Source of the DNA: Candidatus Omnitrophota bacterium
Lineage (GTDB): Bacteria; Omnitrophota; Gorgyraeia; S143-82
Assembly: GCA_015494585.1 (NCBI GenBank)
Contig: WGAY01000064.1
Span: 16,976 to 80,975, forward strand
DNA: 64,000 nucleotides
Reading direction: 5' to 3'
Shown one piece after another: positions 32,225-42,408 of the stretch (within the stretch, counting starts at the first letter, position 1; each line of letters starts with the position of its first letter). The notes beneath the pieces are model-generated. The model did no database searches, was not told the origin of the DNA, and saw only the letters and a program-made list of their open reading frames with translations. A program made the position numbers and the translations under genes.

Positions 32225-32899
32225 ATGGGACAGAAAGTACATCCATTTGTATTAAGGGTAGGCTATATTAAAGACTGGCGGTCTCGTTGGTTTGCAAAAG
32301 GCGATGCGTTTGTTAAGTATGTTATAGAAGATAGGAAAATACGCGATTACATTCGCAAGAAATTGCGCCATGCAGCTGTTAGTAGGGTTGAGATAGAGAG
32401 ATATGGTGAAAACAATTTAAAGGTTATTATTTATACCGCAAGGCCTGGTGTTATTATCGGTAGGAAAGGGGCTGAGATAGAGAAACTTCGCGCGGAGCTT
32501 GAAAAAATAGCCCCAGATGAAGAGATAAAGATAGACACAGAAGAAGTTAGTGTACCAGAGGTGGATTCTCAGATAGTAGGAGATAATATAGCATATCAGA
32601 TAGAGAAGAGGATTCCTTATAAGCGCGCAGTGAAAAGGGCAATAGAGCAGGCAATGCAGGCAGGGGCAGAAGGGATAAAGATAGAGATAGGCGGCCGTTT
32701 GGGAGGAGCAGAGATCGCAAGGACAGAAAAATACAGGGCAGGGAAGGTGCCTTTGTCAACCCTTAAGGCAGATATAGATTATTCACTTTCTGAGGCTCAG
32801 ACGACCTATGGAACTATTGGTATAAAGGTATGGATATATCATGGTGAGGCAAAACCATTGAAAGAGATATTTAAAGAGCAGATGGAGATGTTTGTATAA
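32225..32899 (+). CDS. rpsC: 30S ribosomal protein S3
   Basis: MGQKVHP, ARPGVIIGRKG, GRLGGAEIAR. Confidence 0.98.
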   Translation: MGQKVHPFVLRVGYIKDWRSRWFAKGDAFVKYVIEDRKIRDYIRKKLRHAAVSRVEIERYGENNLKVIIYTARPGVIIGRKGAEIEKLRAELEKIAPDEEIKIDTEEVSVPEVDSQIVGDNIAYQIEKRIPYKRAVKRAIEQAMQAGAEGIKIEIGGRLGGAEIARTEKYRAGKVPLSTLKADIDYSLSEAQTTYGTIGIKVWIYHGEAKPLKEIFKEQMEMFV

Positions 32900-32911
32900 G
32901 GAGGATAGATT

Positions 32912-33328
32912 ATGCCACTTATGCCGAGTCGCGTTAAATACAGAAAGCATCAGAGGAAAAAAAGACGTGGAATAGCAACAAGGGGTAGCCGGCTTGTCTT
33001 TGGCGAGTTCGGCATAAAGGCACTTGAAAATGCCTGGCTTACCTCTACGCAGATAGAGGCGGCTCGTGTTGCTATCAGCAGGAAATTAAAAAGGGGTGGC
33101 AAGGTCTGGATAAATGTGTTCCCAGATAAATCCTATTCCAAGAAGCCTGCTGAGACACGTATGGGTAAAGGTAAGGGTGCGCCTGAAGGTTGGGTTGCGG
33201 TTATTAGAAGGGGAAAGATTTTGTTTGAGATAGCAGGAGTCCCTGAGGACCTTGCAAGGGAAGCAATCAGGACAGCTTCTTATAAGTTGCCGTTTAAGAC
33301 GAAGTTTGTAACCAGAAATATGGAGTGA
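32912..33328 (+). CDS. rplP: 50S ribosomal protein L16
   Basis: [17 protein letters not shown]. Confidence 0.98.
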   Translation: MPLMPSRVKYRKHQRKKRRGIATRGSRLVFGEFGIKALENAWLTSTQIEAARVAISRKLKRGGKVWINVFPDKSYSKKPAETRMGKGKGAPEGWVAVIRRGKILFEIAGVPEDLAREAIRTASYKLPFKTKFVTRNME

Positions 33329-33332
33329 TGAG

Positions 33333-33536
33333 ATGAAGGCAAGAGACCTAAGGGAAATGGATGACCAGATGCTTTTGGATAAGCTAAATGCTTTAAAGAA
33401 GCAATTATTTGAAATAAGGTTTAAACATGGGATAACTGGTGCGGACAAGCCGCATTTATTTAAGTCCATAAAAAGGGACATAGCAAGGATATTGACTATT
33501 TTAAACGAGAGAAGACTGCAAACTCAGGAGAAGTAA
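33333..33536 (+). CDS. rpmC: 50S ribosomal protein L29
   Basis: MKARDLREM, KRDIARILT. Confidence 0.95.
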   Translation: MKARDLREMDDQMLLDKLNALKKQLFEIRFKHGITGADKPHLFKSIKRDIARILTILNERRLQTQEK

Positions 33537-33538
33537 TT

Positions 33539-33781
33539 ATGCGTGAGAGGAAGCGTATTTTAGAAGGAGTTGTTGTTAGTGATAAAATGAAAAAGACGAG
33601 GGTCGTCCTTGTTGAACGTATGTTTTCCCATCCTATATATAAAAAGAGGGTAAAGGTGCGTAAAAAATATAAGATTCACGATGAAAAGGAAGTTGCAAAG
33701 AAAGGGGACAGGGTAAGATTTATTGAGACCCGTCCTATTTCGAAGGAGAAGTGCTGGAGGCTTCTGGAGGTGCTGAAATGA
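33539..33781 (+). CDS. rpsQ: 30S ribosomal protein S17
   Basis: [18 protein letters not shown]. Confidence 0.97.
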   Translation: MRERKRILEGVVVSDKMKKTRVVLVERMFSHPIYKKRVKVRKKYKIHDEKEVAKKGDRVRFIETRPISKEKCWRLLEVLK

Positions 33782-34146
33782 TACAGATGAGGACGCGCCT
33801 TAATGTTGCTGATAATAGTGGGGCAAAGAAGGTCGCCTGTATTGGGGTTTTGCATAAAAAGAATTCCCGTTACGCTCAGGTTGGCGATGTCATAACCTGT
33901 TCAGTGAAAGAGGCCCTGCCAAATGCGCCAATAAAAAAGGGCGCTGTTGTCAAGGCAGTGGTTGTCAGGCAGAAATTTCCTATTCGCAGAAAAGATGGCT
34001 CTGTGGTTAGGTTTGATTCAAATGCGGTTGTGATAATAGATAATCAAGGCAATCCCAGAGGAACGCGTGTATTTGGTCCGATTGCAAGGGAGTTGAGAGA
34101 TAGGAACTTTATGAAGATAGTATCTCTGGCACCAGAGGTCCTGTGA
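33778..34146 (+). CDS. rplN: 50S ribosomal protein L14
   Basis: [27 protein letters not shown] 33778 overlaps the rpsQ stop. Confidence 0.98.
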   Translation: MIQMRTRLNVADNSGAKKVACIGVLHKKNSRYAQVGDVITCSVKEALPNAPIKKGAVVKAVVVRQKFPIRRKDGSVVRFDSNAVVIIDNQGNPRGTRVFGPIARELRDRNFMKIVSLAPEVL

Positions 34147-34155
34147 GGTGATATT

Positions 34156-34479
34156 ATGGCATTAAAGTATAAGAAGGTAAAAAGAGAAGATACAGTTGTT
34201 GTTATAGCTGGGAAGGATAAGGGCAAAAGGGGGCGCGTTTTGCGCGTTGACAGGGAAAAGGGAAGGGTCCTTGTTGAAGGAGTAAATAAGGTAAAAAGGC
34301 ACATGAAGAAGTACAGCGAAGAGCTCCCTGGTGGGATTATAGAGGTTGAGATGCCTTTGAATATATCTAATGTGATGGTGTTTTGTTCAGAGTGCAACAG
34401 AGGTGTTCGTGTAGGCTTTAGAGTGGAGGAAGACGGCTCAAAGACCCGCATTTGCAAGTCATGCGGGTCGGTCCTTTAA
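34156..34479 (+). CDS. rplX: 50S ribosomal protein L24
   Basis: VVVIAGKDKGKRG KOW motif, ISNV, two CxxC. Confidence 0.97.
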   Translation: MALKYKKVKREDTVVVIAGKDKGKRGRVLRVDREKGRVLVEGVNKVKRHMKKYSEELPGGIIEVEMPLNISNVMVFCSECNRGVRVGFRVEEDGSKTRICKSCGSVL

Positions 34480-34491
34480 GGAGGAATAACA

Positions 34492-35043
34492 ATGGTAGAG
34501 CTTCCCAGAATGGCTAAGAAATATAAAGAAGAAGTAATTCCAGAGATGATGAACCGCTTTGGCTATAAATCAGTAATGCAGGTTCCAAGGATAGAGAAGA
34601 TAGTTATAAATATGGGTATAGGAGAAGGCGCGCGCGATATAAAGGTATTGGAGAAGGCAATGGATGAGCTTGCAATGATAACCGGCCAGAGGCCTTCTAT
34701 TAGGCGTGCGAGGAAGGCAATATCCAATTTTAAAATAAGAAAGGGAATGCCTATTGGCTGTAAGGTTACATTAAGGCGCGCAAGGATGTATGAATTTCTT
34801 GATAGGTTTATAAATGTTATCCTGCCGCGTTTGAGGGACTTTAGAGGTGTCCCTCGCAATTCGTTTGACGGCAGGGGTAATTATAATTTAGGCATATCTG
34901 AGCAGACTATATTCCCTGAATTGGACCTTGATAAGGTTGACAGGGTTCAGGGCATGGATATAGCATTTGTTACTACTGCAAAGACAGACGAAGAGGCAAT
35001 GGCGTTATTAGAACTGATGGGAATGCCGTTTAGAAAGAGATAA
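34492..35043 (+). CDS. rplE: 50S ribosomal protein L5
   Basis: [26 protein letters not shown]. Confidence 0.98.
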   Translation: MVELPRMAKKYKEEVIPEMMNRFGYKSVMQVPRIEKIVINMGIGEGARDIKVLEKAMDELAMITGQRPSIRRARKAISNFKIRKGMPIGCKVTLRRARMYEFLDRFINVILPRLRDFRGVPRNSFDGRGNYNLGISEQTIFPELDLDKVDRVQGMDIAFVTTAKTDEEAMALLELMGMPFRKR

Positions 35044-35061
35044 TCTTACAGGAGGATATAG

Positions 35062-35247
35062 ATGGCAAAGAAGGCAATGGTTGAAAAGTGGAAAAGAGGG
35101 CCTAAGTACAAAGTTCGCAGATATAACCGCTGCAGGATATGCGGCAGGCCAAGGGGATATTTAAGTAGATTTGGGCTTTGCAGGATATGTTTTAGAGAGA
35201 TGGCATGGAGAGGAGAGATACCGGGTGTGAGGCATGCCAGCTGGTAA
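35062..35247 (+). CDS. rpsN: 30S ribosomal protein S14, type Z (Zn-binding)
   Basis: 61 aa, RCRICGR and LCRICFRE. Confidence 0.97.
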   Translation: MAKKAMVEKWKRGPKYKVRRYNRCRICGRPRGYLSRFGLCRICFREMAWRGEIPGVRHASW

Positions 35248-35260
35248 GGAGGGAATTTAG

Positions 35261-35656
35261 ATGAGCGTAAGTGACCCTATTGCAGATATGCTGACAGCTA
35301 TTAGAAATGCTGCGATGGCAAAAAAGGAAAAGATATCAATAGCTGCTTCTAATTTAAAGAAGAAAATACTGGATATATTTAAGAATCATGGATACATTCG
35401 TGGTTATAAAGAGATAGAAGATGGCAAACAGGGAATACTTGAGGTTCACCTTAGATATATTGAAGGCGAACCTGCGTTTACTGAGGTTGTCAGAATATCA
35501 AAGCCAGGAAGGCGAATTTATGTCTCTGCAGAGGATGTTCCCAATATAAAAAGAGGGATAGGGATTGCGGTTATATCTACATCAAAGGGAGTGATTACAA
35601 ATAAAGAGGCCAAAAAGCTTAATATCGGAGGAGAATACATCTGTTATATCTACTAA
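35261..35656 (+). CDS. rpsH: 30S ribosomal protein S8
   Basis: DPIADMLTAIRNA, ISKPGRRIY, STSKG. Confidence 0.98.
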   Translation: MSVSDPIADMLTAIRNAAMAKKEKISIAASNLKKKILDIFKNHGYIRGYKEIEDGKQGILEVHLRYIEGEPAFTEVVRISKPGRRIYVSAEDVPNIKRGIGIAVISTSKGVITNKEAKKLNIGGEYICYIY

Positions 35657-35667
35657 GGAGAATAGCT

Positions 35668-36213
35668 ATGTCAAGGATAGGCAAGAAACCAGTTTCAATA
35701 CCTGATAAGGTCAAGGTAAGTGTTGATAAAGCGAATGTGGTTACAGTTGAAGGGCCTAAAGGTAAATTGACCCTGCAGGTTTCACCCAGAATAAAGATAA
35801 TAGTTGAGGATTCTACTGTGAGGGTTGAGAGGCCTACTGACCTTAAGATGGATAGGGCAATGCATGGGCTTTACCGTAGCCTTATAAATAATATGATAAT
35901 TGGTGTTACTCAAGGATACAAGAAAGAGCTTGAGATGGTTGGTGTTGGTTATAAGGCTCAGGTGAAGGGCAAGGAATTGGTTTTAGAGGTTGGTTATTCC
36001 CATCCAGTTAATTATCCTATACCTGAAGGGATTTCTATTCAAACGCCTAAACCAACCCAGATAGTAATAGAAGGTATAGATAAGCAGCAGGTCGGCCAGG
36101 TTGCTGCAGAGATAAGAAAGGTAAGGCCGCCTGAGCCATATAAGGGCAAGGGGATTAAATATGCTGGCGAGAGGATACGGCGCAAGGCGGGCAAGGCCGC
36201 TGGCAAAAAATAA
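35668..36213 (+). CDS. rplF: 50S ribosomal protein L6
   Basis: MSRIGKKP, RPPEPYKGKG. Confidence 0.98.
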   Translation: MSRIGKKPVSIPDKVKVSVDKANVVTVEGPKGKLTLQVSPRIKIIVEDSTVRVERPTDLKMDRAMHGLYRSLINNMIIGVTQGYKKELEMVGVGYKAQVKGKELVLEVGYSHPVNYPIPEGISIQTPKPTQIVIEGIDKQQVGQVAAEIRKVRPPEPYKGKGIKYAGERIRRKAGKAAGKK

Positions 36214-36233
36214 TTTTTAGGAGGATGCTGAAA

Positions 36234-36605
36234 ATGGCAAGGTCTTCAAAGATTAAGATATTAAAGAGGAAAAAAAGACACAGACATATCTTGAAAAAGA
36301 TGTCTGGCACGGCAACCAGACCAAGGGTAGTTGTTCGCAGAAGCCTGAAGCACTTCTACGCTCAGGCCGTTGATGATGAAAAAGGGGTTGTCCTTACTGG
36401 TGCATCAACCTTATCACCTGAAATAAGGGCAGAGATTTCTTATGGCGGCAACAAGGTTGCAGCTGGTAAGGTTGGCGAGCTTATGGCAAAGAGGCTTAAG
36501 GAAAAAGGGATAGAAAAGATCGCCTTTGACCGCGCAGGTTACAGGTATCACGGCAGGGTTAGAGAGTGTGCAGAGGCAATGAGGAAAGGAGGAATTGAGT
36601 TCTAA
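36234..36605 (+). CDS. rplR: 50S ribosomal protein L18
   Basis: RPRVVVRRS, FDRAGYRYHGRV. ATG 36234 chosen by RBS spacing. Confidence 0.96.
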   Translation: MARSSKIKILKRKKRHRHILKKMSGTATRPRVVVRRSLKHFYAQAVDDEKGVVLTGASTLSPEIRAEISYGGNKVAAGKVGELMAKRLKEKGIEKIAFDRAGYRYHGRVRECAEAMRKGGIEF

Positions 36606-37117
36606 TGGCTGAACAGCAGAATCAAACCCAGGCGCAGGATGAAATAGTATACGAAAAGGTGCTTCAGATAAAAAGGCTAACAAAGGTAACGACCGGCGGC
36701 AAGAAGCTTTCTTTTTCTGCATTGGTTGTCGTTGGCAATGGAAAAGGCAAGGTTGGATATGCATTGGGCAAGGCAAACGAGGTAATAGATGCGATCAAAA
36801 AGGGACTGCAGAAGGCAAAAAATAATATGGTATGGATACCTGTAAAAGGGCATACAATTCCTCATGACGTTATCGGTGAGTTTGGTGCATCAAAGGTAGT
36901 TATGAAGCCTGCCTCTCGTGGTACTGGTATTATTGCAGGTGAGGTGGTTCGCTCTCTGTGCGAGGCAGCAGGAATACAGGATATATTGACAAAGTCATTA
37001 AAATCAAATACACCGGTTAACCTATTAAAGGCAGCAATGGCTGGCTTTGCAAAGCTAAAGATGTCTATGCCGCCGCAGTTGAGTGACGATGAAAAGGTAG
37101 AAGGAAAAGGAGAATAG
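36605..37117 (+). CDS. rpsE: 30S ribosomal protein S5
   Basis: KVTTGGKKLSFSALVVVGNG, PASRGTGIIAG. Confidence 0.97.
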   Translation: MAEQQNQTQAQDEIVYEKVLQIKRLTKVTTGGKKLSFSALVVVGNGKGKVGYALGKANEVIDAIKKGLQKAKNNMVWIPVKGHTIPHDVIGEFGASKVVMKPASRGTGIIAGEVVRSLCEAAGIQDILTKSLKSNTPVNLLKAAMAGFAKLKMSMPPQLSDDEKVEGKGE

Positions 37118-37120
37118 GAA

Positions 37121-37564
37121 ATGAGACTCTGTGATATAAAAAGACCACGCAAGGCAAATTCTTCCGCAAAGAGGGTTGGCAGGGGAGTTGGCTCGGGGAT
37201 GGATAAGACCTCAGGCCGTGGTCACAAAGGCGCAAAGGCAAGATCAGGGCCAGGTATGTATCTTGGGTTTGAAGGTGGACAGATGCCCCTTATACGCAGG
37301 ATCCCAAAACGCGGGTTTAATAATGCTGCATTTGCAAATAGATTTTCTATAATAAATGTCTCAAGACTCTCAGCGGTTTTTTCTGCTAATGATGTTGTTG
37401 ACCCTGAGGTATTGATAAAGAAGGGCCTTGCAAAGAAGCGCAGCAAGATAAAGATCCTTGGCAATGGTGAGATAAACATCCCCCTGACAGTAAAGGCTCA
37501 TAAGATATCAAAATCAGCTGCACAAAAGATAGAGGCAGCAGGGGGAAAGGTAGAAATTATATAA
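37121..37564 (+). CDS. rplO: 50S ribosomal protein L15
   Basis: RVGRGVGSG, GFEGGQMPL, KIEAAGG. Confidence 0.97.
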   Translation: MRLCDIKRPRKANSSAKRVGRGVGSGMDKTSGRGHKGAKARSGPGMYLGFEGGQMPLIRRIPKRGFNNAAFANRFSIINVSRLSAVFSANDVVDPEVLIKKGLAKKRSKIKILGNGEINIPLTVKAHKISKSAAQKIEAAGGKVEII

Positions 37565-37603
37565 AACCTATACCTGTCTATGTGGCGGGTTTCGGATTAA
37601 TTT

Positions 37604-38935
37604 ATGTTTAAATCATTCGTCAATATATTCAAGATTGAAGACCTCAGGAAGAAACTACTGATTACCCTGGGGCTTTTGATTATATACAGAATTGGGGCAT
37701 ATATCCCTATTCCTGGAATTGATAGCCTGCGCCTTGCCCAGATATTTGACAATATGGCTAAACAGGCAGGTGGTGGCCTGTTTGGCCTGATGAACCTGTT
37801 CTCTGGCGGTGCGTTGCGAAGGGCAACGATATTTGCACTTGGCGTAATGCCGTATATCTCTGTTTCTATTATCCTTCAGCTCCTTACCCCGGTTATTCCC
37901 CATTTAGAGCAGCTCTCAAAAGAGGGGGCAATGGGATATAGGAAGATACTTCAATATACCCGCTATGGTACAATTCTCCTATGTTTGCTTCAGGCATACT
38001 TTATTGCCTTGTTTTTAGAAAACGGTATCATGGGCGAGAGCGTTGTTCTCTTTCCGGGCTGGGGATTCAGAATAATGGCGATGATATCTCTGACCACTGG
38101 CACTGCATTTATAATGTGGCTTGGAGAGCAGATACAGGAATACGGTATTGGAAATGGCATATCCCTTATTATTACTGCAGGTATACTTTCGCGAATGCCA
38201 GCAGCGGTGTTTCAGCTCTATACCTTGGTCAGGACGAATCAAATCCGCCCTGAGATAGTCGTATTTTTGTTGATTATGCTATTTGTGGTGGTTGTTGCGG
38301 TTACTGCCATTACTCAGGGACAGAGAAAGATACCTGTCCAGTATGCAAGGCGGGTTTCTGGCACAAAGACAGTTGGCGGCCAGTCCTCTTATATTCCATT
38401 AAGGGTAAACCAGGCCAGCGTTATGCCGATTATATTTGCCCAGTCGGTTTTGATGTTTCCCGCGACACTTGCGAGTTTTGGCCTGAAGATGGGCGTGGAT
38501 AAGGTTGCAGCATTATTGCGTAGAGGCGATACACTTTATATTATTCTCTATTCTGCATTGATTATATTTTTCACATTTTTCTATACCCAGATTATATTCA
38601 AACCAATAGACATAGCGGATAATCTCAAAAAATACGGTGGATTTGTCCCTGGTATTCGTCCGGGGATGCCAACGGCTGAGTATCTTTACGATATAATGAT
38701 AAAGATAACCACACTTGGTGCTGTGTTTCTGGCGATTATTGCCATTATTCCGATGCTTTTGAGCAAGGGGTTGCACATACCCTATTTGGTTGCCCAGTTC
38801 TTTGGAGGCACAGGTATATTGATAGTTGTCGGCGTGCTTCTAGATACAATAAGGCAGATAGAGTCCCATCTATTGATGAGGCATTATGATGGATTTGTAA
38901 GGTCTGGAAGGATAAGGGGGAGGAGATTCGGATGA
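37604..38935 (+). CDS. secY: Preprotein translocase subunit SecY
   Basis: IFALGVMPYI, WLGEQI, GIGNGISL, PGIRPG. Confidence 0.98.
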   Translation: MFKSFVNIFKIEDLRKKLLITLGLLIIYRIGAYIPIPGIDSLRLAQIFDNMAKQAGGGLFGLMNLFSGGALRRATIFALGVMPYISVSIILQLLTPVIPHLEQLSKEGAMGYRKILQYTRYGTILLCLLQAYFIALFLENGIMGESVVLFPGWGFRIMAMISLTTGTAFIMWLGEQIQEYGIGNGISLIITAGILSRMPAAVFQLYTLVRTNQIRPEIVVFLLIMLFVVVVAVTAITQGQRKIPVQYARRVSGTKTVGGQSSYIPLRVNQASVMPIIFAQSVLMFPATLASFGLKMGVDKVAALLRRGDTLYIILYSALIIFFTFFYTQIIFKPIDIADNLKKYGGFVPGIRPGMPTAEYLYDIMIKITTLGAVFLAIIAIIPMLLSKGLHIPYLVAQFFGGTGILIVVGVLLDTIRQIESHLLMRHYDGFVRSGRIRGRRFG

Positions 38936-39579
38936 ATTTGGTATTATTAGGCCCACCGGGAGCAGGTAAAGGCACTCAGGCAGAGATATTAAGGGATAGG
39001 CTTTCTTTAGAGCACCTTTCTACCGGGGATATACTTCGATCGGAGATGAAGAAAGAAACTGAATTAGGTAAAAAGGCAAAGGAATATGTAGAGAGTGGGA
39101 AATTAGTCCCTGATAAGATAATAGTTGGGATGATTGCCGAGAGGCTTGCAAACATTTCTCCTGATAAAAAGGGTTTTTTGTTGGATGGTTTTCCAAGGAC
39201 AGTTGCACAGGCAGAGGAATTGGATAAGATTTTAGATGATATGGGCAAAAAATTGGATGCAGTTCTATATCTAAGGGTCTCCTGGGAGGTCGTGAAAGAA
39301 CGACTTACAGGAAGGCTTATCTGCAGAGGCTGTGGTGCCATCTACCATAAAAAGAATAAACCTCCCAAGAAGGATATGGTTTGTGATATCTGTGGAGAAG
39401 AGCTCTATCAACGTTCCGATGATAATGAGATCGTTATCAAGAATAGATTTGACGTGTATAACGAGCAGACAGCACCACTTATAGAGTACTATAAGGAGAG
39501 ATCTCTATTAAAAGAAATTAACAGCGAAGTTTCGGCTGAAGATACCTACACTCAAATCATCTCTGTTCTGGGATTATAA
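38932..39579 (+). CDS. adk: Adenylate kinase with Zn-lid
   Basis: GPPGAGKGTQ, LDGFPRT, lid CRGC...CDIC. Confidence 0.97.
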   Translation: MNLVLLGPPGAGKGTQAEILRDRLSLEHLSTGDILRSEMKKETELGKKAKEYVESGKLVPDKIIVGMIAERLANISPDKKGFLLDGFPRTVAQAEELDKILDDMGKKLDAVLYLRVSWEVVKERLTGRLICRGCGAIYHKKNKPPKKDMVCDICGEELYQRSDDNEIVIKNRFDVYNEQTAPLIEYYKERSLLKEINSEVSAEDTYTQIISVLGL

Positions 39580-39659
39580 AAAACTAATCAGTTTTTTGTG
39601 TATACATATGTAGCCTATTGGATCGTGTGATAGTTTACAACATTGTAAAAATAATTATT

Positions 39660-39686
39660 TTGAAAATCATTCATTTATGATAGAAT
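39660..39686 (+). promoter_or_regulatory. Putative internal promoter upstream of map
   Basis: Extended -10 TGA-TAGAAT (39678-39686) and TTGAAA at 39660 (short 15-nt spacer) within an AT-rich 148-nt gap. Confidence 0.45.
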
Positions 39687-39727
39687 GTAAAAATTTTCAG
39701 CGTGAAAGGTAAAAAGATAAAGAAATT

Positions 39728-40474
39728 ATGGTCCGATTAAAAAGCCCTGAAGATATAGAGAAGATAAGACAAGCAGGGCAGATTATTAATTTGGTCTTTG
39801 AAATATTGAAAGGGAAAATTCGGCCGGAGATAGATACACTTTCCTTAGATAATTTGATAGAGGATTTTATTCGATCTCATAATGCCCGACCTGCCTTTAA
39901 AGGTTATAGGGGATATCCGGCGGCCAGTTGTATTTCTGTAAATGATGAAGTGGTCCATGGCATTCCTTCAAGGGACAAGGTCCTTAAAGATGGGGATATT
40001 GTTGGTATAGATATTGGAGTGGAGTTAGGTGGCTACTATGCCGATGCAGCCTATACCTTTGGCGTTGGTTCTGTAGCAGAAGAGGATAAGCGATTAATGG
40101 AGGCCACCTATAATGCATTAATGAATGCGATAAACAAGGCCAAGACAGCCAAGTATATAGGGGATATTTCTTATACGATACAGCGGACAGTTGAAAAGGC
40201 GGGTTTTTCGGTTGTAAGAGATTTTATTGGGCATGGTGTGGGCTTTGAGATACATGAACCTCCTTCTGTCCCTAATTATGGACGACCAGGGACAGGTGAG
40301 AGGATAAGGCCGGGTCTAGTTATAGCTATCGAGCCCATGGTCAATGCGGGGACCTGGGAGGTAGATATAGATAGAGAAGACAAATGGACAGTGCGTACGA
40401 AAGATAGAAAAAAAAGCGCTCATTACGAACATACTATTGCAATTTTGGAAAAAGGAGTTATAATTTTAACTTAA
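39728..40474 (+). CDS. map: Methionine aminopeptidase type I
   Basis: SVNDEVVHGIP, GHGVG..IHEPP, AIEPMVN, SAHYEHT. Confidence 0.97.
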   Translation: MVRLKSPEDIEKIRQAGQIINLVFEILKGKIRPEIDTLSLDNLIEDFIRSHNARPAFKGYRGYPAASCISVNDEVVHGIPSRDKVLKDGDIVGIDIGVELGGYYADAAYTFGVGSVAEEDKRLMEATYNALMNAINKAKTAKYIGDISYTIQRTVEKAGFSVVRDFIGHGVGFEIHEPPSVPNYGRPGTGERIRPGLVIAIEPMVNAGTWEVDIDREDKWTVRTKDRKKSAHYEHTIAILEKGVIILT

Positions 40475-40501
40475 TATCTTGCGTCCAGTAAGAAGGAGAT
40501 T

Positions 40502-40723
40502 ATGGGTAAAAAGGACGATGTAATAGAGCTTGATGGTACAATTGTAGAGTGTTTACCGAATGTAATGTTCAGGGTTGAACTCGAGAATGGCCACAGAGTC
40601 TTGGCACATGTGGCTGGTAAGATGCGGATGCATTTTATAAAGATTGTTCCAGGAGATAAAGTGAGGGTGGAATTGACCCCTTATGACCTGAATAGGGGCA
40701 GGATAGTATATAGGTATAAATAA
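40502..40723 (+). CDS. infA: Translation initiation factor IF-1
   Basis: [27 protein letters not shown]. Confidence 0.97.
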   Translation: MGKKDDVIELDGTIVECLPNVMFRVELENGHRVLAHVAGKMRMHFIKIVPGDKVRVELTPYDLNRGRIVYRYK

Positions 40724-40750
40724 GTTGAATAGATATTTTGGAGGTAGGAT

Positions 40751-40864
40751 ATGAAGGTAAGGTCTTCAGTAAAGAAGATATGCGCTAAGTGCAGAATCAT
40801 AAAGAGAAAAGGTGTGGTTAGGGTGATATGTGAAGACCCTGCCCATAAGCAGCGACAGGGATAA
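40751..40864 (+). CDS. rpmJ: 50S ribosomal protein L36, 37 aa (not in ORF track)
   Basis: Translated by hand: [37 protein letters not shown]. Confidence 0.97.
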   Translation: MKVRSSVKKICAKCRIIKRKGVVRVICEDPAHKQRQG

Positions 40865-40876
40865 GGAGGTTTTTGT

Positions 40877-41251
40877 ATGCCAAGGATCTTAGGAGTTGAT
40901 ATACCAAAAGATAAGACTATATGGATTTCTCTTACTTATATCTATGGTATTGGGAGAAAGCGTTCCTCTGATATATTAAGGCAGGCACAGATAGACCCAG
41001 GTCGAAGGGCCAAAGATTTGTCTGAAGAGGAGATTGCCAGGATAACAGAGATTATCCAGCGTAATTATAAGGTGGAAGGGGACTTGCGCAGAGAGGTCTC
41101 ACAGAATATCAAGAGATTGATGGAGATTAATTGTTACCGCGGCACAAGGCATAAAAAAGGCCTTCCTGTGAGAGGCCAGAGGACCTGTACAAATGCTCGC
41201 ACAAGGAAAGGGCCGAGAGGCAATATGCTCAAGAGGGCAAAGAAAAAATAA
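40877..41251 (+). CDS. rpsM: 30S ribosomal protein S13
   Basis: [17 protein letters not shown]. Confidence 0.98.
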   Translation: MPRILGVDIPKDKTIWISLTYIYGIGRKRSSDILRQAQIDPGRRAKDLSEEEIARITEIIQRNYKVEGDLRREVSQNIKRLMEINCYRGTRHKKGLPVRGQRTCTNARTRKGPRGNMLKRAKKK

Positions 41252-41273
41252 GCAACCATAGGAGAGAGGAAGT

Positions 41274-41669
41274 ATGGCACAGAGACGAAGAGGTCAAAGG
41301 AGAAAGAAGAAGGTAATAAAGGGAATAACTTCAGCAATAGTTCATGTAAAGGCAACGTTCAATAATACTATTATTACCCTGACGGATAAAGATGGCAATG
41401 CCCTTATATCTGCATCTTCTGGTATGATGGGCTTTTCTGGATCCAAGAAATCGACCCCGTTTGCCGCACAACAGGTTGCTTCTGAGGTGATAAGGCGTGC
41501 AAAAGAGGCAGGCATCCAGGAGGTTGAAATATGGGTCAAGGGTCCGGGGGCTGGTCGAGATGCCACGATAAAGTCTTTTAATGTATCAGGTTTGAAGGTT
41601 ACTCGTGTGCGGGATCTGAGCCCGGTTCCCCATAATGGCTGTAGACCTAAGAAGAAGAGAAGGGTCTAG
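41274..41669 (+). CDS. rpsK: 30S ribosomal protein S11
   Basis: TFNNTI, KSTPFAAQ, PHNGCRP. Confidence 0.98.
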   Translation: MAQRRRGQRRKKKVIKGITSAIVHVKATFNNTIITLTDKDGNALISASSGMMGFSGSKKSTPFAAQQVASEVIRRAKEAGIQEVEIWVKGPGAGRDATIKSFNVSGLKVTRVRDLSPVPHNGCRPKKKRRV

Positions 41670-41723
41670 TGACGGGTAGGTCGTGAATATTTGGATATTT
41701 ATAAGGTAATTGAGGAGGTATAG

Positions 41724-42350
41724 ATGGGTAGGTATCTGGAGGCGAAGTGCAGGATATGCCGGCGCATTGGCTCTAAGTTGTTTTTAAAGGGCCCGCGCTG
41801 TTATACGGATAAATGTGCGCTGTCGCGTAGGCCTTATGCCCCTGGCCAGCATGGTCGTATGCGTAGCAAATTGTCTAACTATGGTCTTCAGTTAAGAGAA
41901 AAACAGAAGGTAAAGAGAATGTATGGTATCCTTGAGAGGCAGTTTCGTAGATATTTTGAGATTGCCCAGAGAAAAAAAGGAGTAACAGGTACCTTGCTCT
42001 TGCAGCTATTGGAGCGCAGGCTGGATAATGTGGTCTATCAGTCCGGATTTGCAACTTCTAGGAACAGTGCCAGGCAGATTGTCAGGCATAATTGGGTATA
42101 TGTGAACGGTAAGAGGGTAAATATTCCATCCTATATAGTTAGAGAAGGTGACGAGATTACCTTTAAAAATAGTGAGCGAGTTAAAAAGAATCTAAAAGAC
42201 TTCAAAGAGATGTCAAAGAAACATCAAGTTCCACTTTGGCTTTTGGTTGACGATGAAAAATTTACTATAAAGGTTGTAAGACTACCAGAGAGAGAAGATA
42301 TGCCTGCAGATATAAAGGAACAGATGATAGTCGAGTTGTACTCCAAATAA
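41724..42350 (+). CDS. rpsD: 30S ribosomal protein S4
   Basis: N-terminal Cys motif, PGQHG, LERRLDNVVY. Confidence 0.98.
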   Translation: MGRYLEAKCRICRRIGSKLFLKGPRCYTDKCALSRRPYAPGQHGRMRSKLSNYGLQLREKQKVKRMYGILERQFRRYFEIAQRKKGVTGTLLLQLLERRLDNVVYQSGFATSRNSARQIVRHNWVYVNGKRVNIPSYIVREGDEITFKNSERVKKNLKDFKEMSKKHQVPLWLLVDDEKFTIKVVRLPEREDMPADIKEQMIVELYSK

Positions 42351-42408
42351 AAATCTGCGAATTATTTTCTTTTTTTGTGCGTTAGATTAAATTAAGGAGG
42401 TAATAGGA

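Noticed and set aside
37573-37595. Weak hairpin ACCTGTC/GGCGGGT between rplO and secY
   Set aside because: Relies on G-U pairs and has only a short T-run; not enough to call a terminator.
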